From Podarcis muralis (lineage: Eukaryota), in NCBI RefSeq assembly GCF_964188315.1, contig NC_135667.1, positions 8,494,001 to 8,558,000 of the forward strand: a DNA stretch of 64,000 bases, in the 5' to 3' direction. The translations under genes and the position numbers were made by a program. The notes beneath the pieces were generated by a model. It saw nothing but the letters and a program-made list of their open reading frames with translations. It was not told where the DNA came from and ran no database searches. Positions 1 through 9,218 of this stretch are shown piece by piece. The first letter of the stretch is position 1, and each line of letters starts with the position of its first letter.

Positions 1-94
1 CTTCTTGGATTTAACCCATAAATTGCTTAAACATGTATTTTTTTGAATAATCTGGCATCTGCTGCTAAGCAATCTCTTTAACATTTTCTTTTAG

Positions 95-3000
95 CTCACA
101 TATGGGTCATCTCCCCCAGACAAAAATTATGGAAGCCAAGTACCATTTTACCGCATGGTGCCCAATGAAGCCCATCAGTATATGGGGATTATCAGTTTGC
201 TTAAGCATTTCAGATGGACCTGGGTCGGGCTCTTCACTGTCGATGATAATAGTGGAGAACATTTCTTGGAGACCCTGGAGCCATTATTTTCCCATAATGG
301 AATCTGTTTAACCTTCACGCAAAGAATCCCACAAATACCCCGTTTTGATAACTTTGATGGATTTCATGATATAGTTTTGAATATTTATGTTCATTTAACA
401 GATGACAAAGCCCATGTATTTATGATGTATGGAGAATCTATGACAATTATATGGCTCAGAAGTATTCTATTTCCAAGCGATCCTGAAAATAGGGAAACAT
501 CATCATTTAAAAAGGTGTGGATTGTAACATCTCAGATTGATTTCATATTAACAGGATTTCAAAGGAGTTGGGGCCTTCAGATCTTCCAAGGTGCTATTTC
601 CTTCACAATTCATTCACAAAATCTCCCACAGTTCCAAGAATTTCTTCAGGGAATAAAACTTCACTGGACACAGGGAGATGGGTTTTTCAAGGACTTCTGG
701 GAGCAAGCATTTGATTGTACATTTCCAAATCCCAGTGTACCAATAGAGGACATTGACCTGTGTACTGGGGAGGAAAGGTTGCAGAGTCTTCCAGCATCTC
801 TATTTGAAATGAGCATGACTGGCCACAGCTACAGTATCTACAAGGCTGTTTACATTGTGGCTCATATTTTGCAAGGGATATACTTGACTGGTTTCAAGAA
901 AAGAGCCATAGGAAACAGTGGAATATTAAAAATTCAAGATCTGCAGCCTTGGCAGGTAATGGATTGCAATTGAAGAGTATAAAAATATCAGACAATTTCA
1001 ATGAATAGATTTGTAAAAGTAAAAGGTTGATGACAATTGGAAGAAACAAGCTGCTGCTAAAATGCCACTACGGGTCTCATTCACTGAAGAATATTTAATA
1101 TCAAGCAGCTGATTAATGCTGGGTCTTTGTTAGAATAAGTTACATAAACATAGGTAAATAATATTCCTAAAGAATGTTGGTAGAAAATCATGGCATTTTA
1201 TTAAAAGCTCCATTGCATTATTTTCCTTTCATGTATTTTGTCTCTTTCCTTAGCTGCACCATTTTTTCCATGACATTTCATTTAACAACTCAGCTGGAGA
1301 AACAGTAACATTTACTGATAAGAGAGAAATGCGAGGTGGATTTGACATAATGAACATGGTCACATTCCCAAATAAGTCTTTCATTCAATTGAAAATAGGA
1401 TGTGTGAATCCCTATGCTCTTGATGGAAAAGAATTCATCATTCATGAGGACATGATTATGTGGCCCAAAGGTTTTAAACAGGTCTGGCGTCTGGGGTCAT
1501 TCAGGAGTCTTCAGATGGGTCATTCAGGTGTCTCAACATCACCATCACTGATTTCTTTCATAAACGCATGAAAATAATTTTGGTACCAGCTGGATGCAAT
1601 TATGAGCTTCCAAAACCAAACTATTCTTTTGTTTTAATAATGTTTACTATGCCACATTTATTGCTGTGGGTTAAACCACAGATCCTAGGACTTGCCGATC
1701 AGAAGGTTGGCGGTTCGAATCTCCGCGACGGGGTGAGCTCCTGTTGCTCGGTCCCAGCTCCTGCCAACCTAGCAGTTCAAAAGCACGTCAAAGTGCAAGT
1801 AGATAAATAGGTACCGCTCTGGCGGGAAGGTAAACGGCGTTTCCGTGCGCTGCTCTGGATCGCCAGAAGCGGCTTAGTCATGCTGGCCACATGACCCGGA
1901 AATTGTACGCTGGCTCCCTCGGCCAATAAAGCGAGATGAGCGCCGCAACCCCAGAGTCGGTCACAAATGGACCTAATGGTCAGGGGTCCCTTTACCTTTA
2001 CCACTTATGCCACATTTATACATGGCAGTGCTCACATTATATAGATAAAAAAACTGAGGTGCAAATAGGTGACTCTTTTAAATGGTAAGTTGGTATAGCA
2101 CTTTTGAAGGGCACGTTTTAATATCTAGGTAGTGCTGTAACTTTCCATTGGTTTGACTTCACCCCGAAGGTCCACTCTTCCATTTTCTCCTGAGACAGAT
2201 CAGTGCTGACAAAACCCTAACCATTTCTGTATTCCTAAAGTGTTAACACCACTCCCCCAGTCTGGCTTAGAAAAGTGGCTTGGGCTATGTTTTCGATGTG
2301 TATCAGCATTAGAGATGCACTGCCATATAATGTAGATTGTCTGTCATTTGCCGCCGCCGCCCCCATCCTTCTTCTTCAACATATGCAATTTGAGGTAAAG
2401 TCATCACCATTGTTTAGGACAAGTAGGTTTTTTCTCTCCTATGATTGTCTTGATGGTTTGGGGTGGGGGATGGATTTTCCAACTTCATTGTAACCCTTAC
2501 AAGCAGAACCGGGAAGGTGCAGTTAGTGGAGGCAGTCTGATAAGTGTTTCTCAGATGAATTCTGGTTCCAGAAACTTTTCCAAAGGCTCTGCGACCTGTG
2601 TGGATGAATTTTACATCAACTCGTGTCGTTAGCTTGCTGGTGTTGGCCTCAAAGGGTGTGTGAATCATGAATACCTCACCCTATCATGAAGGATGCTTAG
2701 GAGCTTGATGAAAGTTTTAAATATTTCCCACACATGGTCTTTTCTCTATGCAATTTTTTCTGTGCAAAACTCTTCCTGGGTGTTATGGATATACAGTTAG
2801 AAAATGACTATGGAACTTTCCTACAATATAGGATTATGTCTGCAAGACTTTTATATGGACAAAGATGGAAGGATCCATTATTCTAACAATGGAATAGCTG
2901 TTAAAATTAATTATAACATTTTGATTTGAGGACTGAAGGTAATGTTTGTGTATAGAAAGTGGCATTCTAGGTCTTATATTGGAGTGGATAAAGTGAATAT

Positions 3001-5441
3001 TGTTTATTTATAGCGAACAGAGGAAGAACCAGAAGTCAGTTACATTCTGAATTTTATTTCTCTCTCTCGTTTCACCTCTTTTCTATTTCTATTTCTTTGT
3101 TTTTCTCTTTCTCTTTCTTTGTCCCTTTCTTCCTCCCACATCTCTTTATGCTTTATTGTATTCAGATCAAAGTCTTAGTTTGGACAAAAAAAAAGGGAGG
3201 GAAAATATTTGATAATAAGTTTTGTATTTTTATCTATAAACCCTCATAAAGTTTATTTAAAAACCCCTCTCCCCAAAAACAAGATAATTTCCTGTTGACA
3301 GGTGGTGCCTGTTTCTGTGTGCAATGACTACTGTCACCCCGGTAATCGGAAGAAAAGGAAGGAAGGACAGAAATTTTGCTGCTATGATTGTGTTCCATGT
3401 CCAGAAGGGAAGATTTCAAACCAGAATGGTAAACGACATTTTTCATCGTACAAGACTAGTAATGATTAATGAGTCATATTGATTTTAAAGAACTTGTTTA
3501 CTACGTTATGCATGTAGCCACACTGTCCTCCTTAGAGTGGCATGAACATTTTTTCTGCTGCCTTCAAGTAACTTCATATAAAAACTTTCAAAAATGAATA
3601 TTAATTAAAATGTTTTAAACAAGGCTATAATATGTTCAGCTCAAAGGGTAATTCAGATAATATTAGATGACCACCAATTACCTTAACATCGGAAGATTGA
3701 GATAAACAGGTGCAGGGGCTGGACTAAAGGGAAGAAGATTGAGGGAAATAGTGGAGGTTGCCCTCCCTTCTCCCGAAGCTTCCAGTGGAGAAGAAGGCAG
3801 TACAGTGGTACCTCGGGTTCCAGACACTTCAGGTTACAGGTGCTTCAGGTTACAGACTCCAATAACCCAGAAATAGTACCTCGGGTTAAGAACTTTGCTT
3901 CAGGATGCGAACAGAAATTGCACTGTGGCCACACGGCGGCAGCAGCAGGAGGCCCCATTAGCGAAAGTGGTACCTCAGGTTAAAAGAACAGTTTCAGGTT
4001 AAGAATGGACCTCCAGAACGAATTAAGTTCTTAACCCAAGGTACCACTGTATTGAATAACATTGGTTGATTTAGGAAAGTCAGAGCTCAGAGACAGAAAA
4101 AGAGAAGACTTGGGAGCTGTTGGGAGAAGAGCCAGGTGAGACAGCGCAGCCAGCTGACGGGTCATCACTGGAGAGCATTTCTGACCCTCTTCTCCAAGAA
4201 CTCAGCGTTCATTGAGGGTTCATTGAGCAAAGGACTCAGAGACAGTTAGCTTCTGGCAGCCACCATCAGGGGAAGTGCTGTTGCTAGGAAGGGAGGCAGG
4301 TAGAGCTCATTTGGAGCAACACCATTAATGGGGAGGCAGACTGATTCTGTTGTCTCGCGCTGTGATGATTTAACAAACTCATTAGTAAGAACTCTTTCTT
4401 GTTTTTCTCTGCTCCTTGCATCCACCGGAGGAGGGAGAGAATTACCCGGATTCTGACAAGAGGAATGATAACTTAGATGTAGGTGGCAAAGGACACTCAT
4501 GAATTGCAATTGGAGTTTGGCCTTATGCTATTTTTTCAGATTTGGACAACTGCTTCAGATGCCCAGAAGATCAGTATGCAAACAAGAACAAAAATGGATG
4601 CATTCCCAAGTTAATAACCTTTCTTTCCTATAAGGAACCTTTAGGGATCGGCTTAACATCAGTTGCTGTTCTTCTTGTCCTAATTACAATTTTGGTGCTG
4701 GGAACTTTTATTAAACACAAAGACACTCCCATTGTCAAAGCCAACAACAGGGATCTCACCTATGCTCTCCTCATTGCCCTCCTACTCTGCTTCCTCTCAT
4801 CCTTTCTATTCATTGGACACCCTGGCAAAATGACCTGCCTTCTTCGACAACCCACTTTTGGCATCATCTTCTCCGTGGCTGTTTCTTGTGTGTTGGCCAA
4901 AACCATCACTGTAGTTGCAGCTTTCATGGCCACCAAGCCTGGGTCCACTATGAGGAAGTGGGTGGGGAAAAGACTGAGCAACTGCATTGTCCTTTCCGGC
5001 TCACTCATTCAAGTGAGTATTTGTACTGGGTGGTTGATGACCTCTCCCCCATTCCCTGATCTAGACATGAACTCAGTAGCAGAAGAAATCATTGTGCAGT
5101 GCAATGAAGGCTCAGTGACCATGTTTTACTGTGTCCTGGGCTACATGGGCCTCCTGGCCGTTGCCAGCTTCATTGTGGCATTTGCAGCTCGCAAATTACC
5201 AGACAGTTTCAATGAAGCCAAGTTCATTACTTTCAGCATGTTGCTCTTCTGCAGTGTTTGGCTTTCTTTTGTTCCAACCTATCTGAGCACCAAAGGAAAA
5301 TACATGGTGGTGGTGGAGATCTTCTCCATCTTGTCCTCCAGTGCTGGATTGTTGGGCTGCATCTTTGCCCCCAAATGCTACATCATTGTTCTGAAGCCTG
5401 AGCTGAACAGCAGGGAGCAACTAATAAGGAGAAAGATGTAA
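95..5441 (+). CDS. V2R gene A, 5'-partial. Exon 3 95-955, exon 4 1254-1481, exon 5 3302-3428, exon 6 4540-5441; exons 1-2 lie upstream of the window
   Basis: AG/GT boundaries read at each exon and phases join in frame. Venus-flytrap motifs ([22 protein letters not shown]), a nine-cysteine domain (CNDYC...FCCYDCVPC; CFRC...GC) and a 7TM region ([35 protein letters not shown]) with a short C-tail. Confidence 0.95.
1662..2005 (+). mobile_element. Sauria-type tRNA-derived SINE in intron 4 of A, slightly 5'-truncated
   Basis: GCTGTGGGTTAAACC head, B-box-like GGTTCGAATC and (TTTACC)n tail. 14-bp TSD TATGCCACATTTAT at 1648-1661 and 2006-2019. Empty site in gene C near 25860. Confidence 0.9.
2766..3263 (+). 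mobile_element. Old L1 3' remnant (ORF2 C-terminus plus 3'UTR) in intron 4 of A
   Basis: Translates to [15 protein letters not shown]...[10 protein letters not shown], resembling the FLLG...[12 protein letters not shown]-terminus of the L1 at 38366. Followed by a pyrimidine-rich UTR and an A-rich end. About 150 bp shorter than the copies in C and D. Confidence 0.7.
3711..4458. mobile_element. Putative solo LTR in intron 5 of A, with a nested MITE
   Basis: Termini TGCAGG...TCTGACA (degenerate TGTCAG/CTGACA inverted ends). 5-bp flanks ACAGG (3706-3710) and AGAGG (4459-4463). Gene D has the empty site ATAAACAGGAATGAT near 47037. Confidence 0.7.
3803..4049. mobile_element. Tc1/mariner (pogo/Tigger-like) non-autonomous MITE, 247 bp
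   Basis: TIR CAGTGGTACCTCGGGTT / AACCCAAGGTACCACTG, with TA duplicated on both sides. Confidence 0.9.
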
Positions 5442-5900
5442 AGATTTCTCCCAAAGATTGCATCTTTGTTCTTCATTCTATTGTACTCTTATATATTAAG
5501 GAGTTTAGTATAAAGTTGTTACTATAACTACCTCTGGTCTCACTCTTTTGTGGGAGAAGTACCAGCATGTACTAAAAAGTTCAGATTTGTGAAATTAAAG
5601 TGGATTAAATGTTATGTCAACCTAGCACATTGGTAGGGGACCTCTGGCTTGTAGGCCAAATTTCATCTAGGAATGATTCCAATTGCCAGACCATTCCTGA
5701 CAATCCACACCCATCTCCCCTCATCAGACTATATAATTGACAGTAAGTGTATCACAGGTACCAATTATTTCAGAGGAACAATCTGGAGCTTAAAGTGAAT
5801 TCCTGATTGTGCATTTGCCATAAGAAGCAGCAACTGCTAGAAAGATGGATGCAAAGGCTCAATTCTGCAGTGGAAGACACTATCTGCTCCAAGAGGATGA

Positions 5901-6335
5901 ATCTGTGGAAATGTGCCTTCAGATAGACTCATCGCCTGGCATTGCGACACCAAGTGATTGAAAGGTGGAGCCCTTCAGATGCTGATAAACTACAACTCCT
6001 TTTATCTCAAGCATGTCTGGCTAGTGGCTAGGGGTGATGGGAGTTATAGGTCAGCAAAATTTGGAGGGCCAAATGTTCCCCACAATATACAAATGTTCCC
6101 CACAACATAAATGATATTTAGATGAAAACACCTGCATTTAGAATATTTATTTTGACATTATTGTTTAATTTATTGTTCAGTGTTCTATGTGTAACTTTTT
6201 TTAAAAAAAATGTTATTGATAACATTGATAAAGGTCATCCTGTTTTCCTGCCAGCCACAATCTCAGTTTGCATTAAAGGAGCTTGTACTAGATGACTCTT
6301 GATGTCTTTCCCAACTCTAGAATTCTATGATGCCC
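5901..6335. repeat. Segment X downstream of gene A, locally duplicated as X' at 7541-7996; contains a decayed hAT-like MITE remnant
   Basis: Direct repeat from (A)TGTGGAAATGTG to CTCTAGAATTCTATGATGCCC. Internal inverted arms ACTACAACTCC...GGGAGTTATAG are typical of lizard non-autonomous DNA elements (family assignment from memory). Confidence 0.6.
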
Positions 6336-6969
6336 AAGAATGGAAGGCAGCTTCTCCATTTCCTGCTTTTAAAGGGGTCCAAATCAGACAAATGGAGACC
6401 GGGTGTTTCCTCCTCAAAACAAATTATCCATAGCAAGTCATATTGGTTTGTCGGTTGACCAGCAAAGTGGTCAAACTTGTGATTTCCTCTACAAGGTCCC
6501 CTCCGGCCACCTTCCCACAGCTGAACTGCCAAACACATTTTAATTTCCACTGTGGGGAATTAGGAAGGATATACATTTTAAATGATGGATGCAGATTTAG
6601 TTTACAGATTAAAGAGATTTACTATTCATTCATATATATTTATACCCCACTCTTCCTCCAAGAGCAGCAAATAAGCAAGAACAACATCTTGAAAACACTT
6701 CTGGGCAATTGTAAACTAATTCTATCAATTTAGAAATGCCGCACATAGAGAAACCGCTTTGTGGCATCTTGAGGGTTTCAAGTGAGGAACAAACTGCACA
6801 TTACACATCAATACAAAATCCTTGAAACCTTTTTTATTGTTATAAATAGCTCGGTGAGAGATGGGTGGAGATTTGGATTGGGAACATGCTGCACAGAAAA
6901 CGAGTAAACTTTTTGTCAGCCCATGATGAAGATGCTAGTATATTGGGTCAATTTCCCATTCAGATATAT

Positions 6970-7540
6970 TATTATTATTATTTATTTTATTTCTATACCG
7001 CCCTATACCTAAAGGTATCAGGGTGGTTCACATTAAGAATAACTTACATAACATCAAAACAGAAAGAAGTTTTACTTCCCCACCCCCTGTGAAAAGAGCC
7101 AGCATTTTAAAAAGGGTATAGAATGTCAGGTCAGGCAAAGGCCTGGTTGAAGAGGAATGTTTTTGCCTGATGCCTAAAGATGTAGAGTAAAGGTGCAAGG
7201 TGAATTTCCCTGGGGAGAGCATTCCACAGATGGGGAACCACCACAGAAAAGGCTCCTTCTTGTGTTGCCACCCTCCTGACCTATTGAGGAGGAGGCACAT
7301 GAAGAAGGGCCTCAGAGGATGATCTCAGGGCCCGGGCAGGTTCATATGGGGAGAGGCAGTCCTTAAGGTATTGTGGTCCTGAGCTGTTTAAGGCTTTATA
7401 GGTCACTTTGAATGGGGCCCAGAAACTAATCGGTAGCCAGTGCAGTTGGAGCAGGATCAGTGTAATATGGTCGAACCGTCTAGTTCCGGTGATCAACCTG
7501 GCCGCTGAGTTCTGCACTAGTTGTAGTTTCCATCTTCAGA
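6970..7540 (-). mobile_element. L2 LINE 3' fragment (L2a), decayed
   Basis: Minus-strand translation QNSAARLITG...HITLILLQLHWLPI...YLKDCLSPYEPARALRS. ATT-type tail at 6970. The empty site CAGATATAT|GG is seen at about 33240 upstream of D. Confidence 0.85.
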
Positions 7541-7996
7541 TGGAAATGTGTGGAAATGTGTCTTCAAATAGACTCATTGCCTGGCATTGCGACACCAAGT
7601 GATTGAAAGGTATGGCCCTCCAGATGCTGAGAAACTACAACTCCCTTTATCCCAAGCAGGTATGGCTAGTGGATAGGGGTGATGGGAGTTATAGGTTAGC
7701 AAAATTTGGAAGGCCAAATGTTCTCCACCACCTGCTTTATATAACAAATAAATGATATTTAGATGAAAACACTTGCATTTATTTTGACATCATTGTTTAA
7801 TTTATTGTTCAGTGTTCTATGTCACACCCTCCAGTTTATTGTTAATAAAGTTTTGACAGTTTTTGATAACATTGATAAAGGTTATCCTTTTTTCCTGTCA
7901 GCCACAATCTCAGTTTGCATTAAAGGAGATTGTACTAGATGACTTGTTCTAGATGACTTTTGAGGTCTCTCCCAACTCTAGAATTCTATGATGCCC
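7541..7996. repeat. X', second copy of segment X, sandwiched between two L2 pieces
   Basis: Direct similarity to 5901-6335. 10-bp tandem TGGAAATGTG at the left junction. Confidence 0.8.
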
Positions 7997-8441
7997 TTAA
8001 GGGATTGTGGTACTGAGTTGTTTAAGGCTTCATAGGTCAATTGAATTGGGACCAGAACATATCAGTAGACAGTGCAGTTGGACCAGGATCGGTGGAATAC
8101 GCTCAAACCATTTAGTTCCAGTGAGCAACCCGGCTGCTGAGTTCTGCACCAGTTGAAGTTTCCAAACCATCTTCAGAGGCAACCCTGCATATAACACATT
8201 ATAACACATTGCAGTAATCTAATTTTGAGATTATCAGAGCATAGACGACAGTAGTTGGGTGATCCCTGTCCAGATAGGGCTGTAGCTGGGCTACCAGCCG
8301 AAGCTCATGGAAGGCACTCTTTGCCATTGAGGCCACCTGGGCCTCAAGTGACAGCAAGGGATCCAGGAATATCACCAAGCTACGAACCTGCTCCTTCAGA
8401 AGAAGTACATCCCCATCAAGAGCAGCCAATCTCCCACACAT
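7995..8441 (-). mobile_element. L2 LINE fragment (L2b), decayed; may extend to about 8545
   Basis: Minus ORF ...LKEQVRSL-I-LDPLLSLEAQV...SKLDYCN. The first ~180 bp repeat 7361-7540. Confidence 0.85.
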
Positions 8442-8906
8442 CTGGTCTGAGTAATAAAACTTTAGGAATCAGCCCCTGCCTACATGGTCTGTGGTCGGAA
8501 ATGATGGAAGCTGTATTCCAGCAGCACCTGGAACCCCACAGGTTCTCCATTCTTGGAGCTTTACATTTATTTGATAAAACTGCAGTTGACCAGCCTCCTT
8601 TCATTTCAGGATCATCTACTACTTCTCGGAGTCATCAAAGCCGAAAGTTTCAGTCTTACTTTTCTATTGGTGTTTGCTCACCATGGAAAATTGTATTTGT
8701 CACTTTTTCTGTCCCTAAGGAGCAGATGGTGGAAAGTGGGGGCAGTTCAGCATGTTTGTTAGCAAAACTGCTACTTACAGCCAAAGCAATGAAAAAGTAA
8801 CTATCTCACCCAACAATTATCCAAATCACTATACTTTGTTCACTTCTCTGAACCTTTCGAGGCTTCCTAGAACTCAAGAAATCAGTCAATAAGCAAACCT
8901 CAAAGT

Positions 8907-8915
8907 GGTTATAAA
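8907..8915 (+). promoter_or_regulatory. Conserved TATA-like motif GGTTATAAA upstream of gene B
   Basis: The same 9-mer occurs upstream of all five visible first exons: 8907, 21985, 34492, 50121, 58900. Confidence 0.5.
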
Positions 8916-8962
8916 GAAACCGCATACTAATGGGAGCAGGAAACAGGAATAATGCTCATGTG

Positions 8963-8963
<1 letters not shown>

Positions 8964-9005
<42 letters not shown>
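8964..9005. repeat. (CA)21 microsatellite upstream of B exon 1
   Basis: Perfect dinucleotide run; orthologous runs occur before C and D. Confidence 0.95.
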
Positions 9006-9010
<5 letters not shown>

Positions 9011-9218
9011 TTGCTCAGATTTAGCATCACAGTGTTGGCAATCTTGGCTAATAAGGTATACAGCTGTAACCCTTTGATTCTCAAAAGCTGGTTGTAAACC
9101 ATTCTTCTAAAGCTGTATTGACAGTGATAGGAATTAACCAATGTAGCCTGTTCAAGTCATGCAGCTGCTCTGAATGGAAACAGGAGGTGTGTGTTTAGAG
9201 AAAAGTCTGACCGCAAGG

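Noticed and set aside
102-311. Recurrent alternative-frame ORF (MGHLPQ...) overlapping exon 3
   Set aside because: It is an out-of-frame by-product of the same exon. Its length varies and it is broken in D, so there is no independent evidence.
1568-2004. 80-aa and 75-aa ORFs in intron 4, their copies in B, and the 216-aa ORF at 54518-55168
   Set aside because: They run across SINE sequence and flanking intron; similarity between copies is SINE identity.
4760-5420. Recurrent minus-strand ORFs (MSEPERT..., MLPAVQL...) repeated five times
   Set aside because: They are antisense shadows of conserved exon 6; their recurrence follows from the conservation of the sense CDS.
95-5441. Calling the genes CaSR, GPRC6A, mGluR or T1R, or giving a specific Vmn2r symbol
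   Set aside because: The very short C-tail, tandem multicopy arrangement and exon sizes fit V2R. One-to-one orthology to a named rodent gene cannot be supported.
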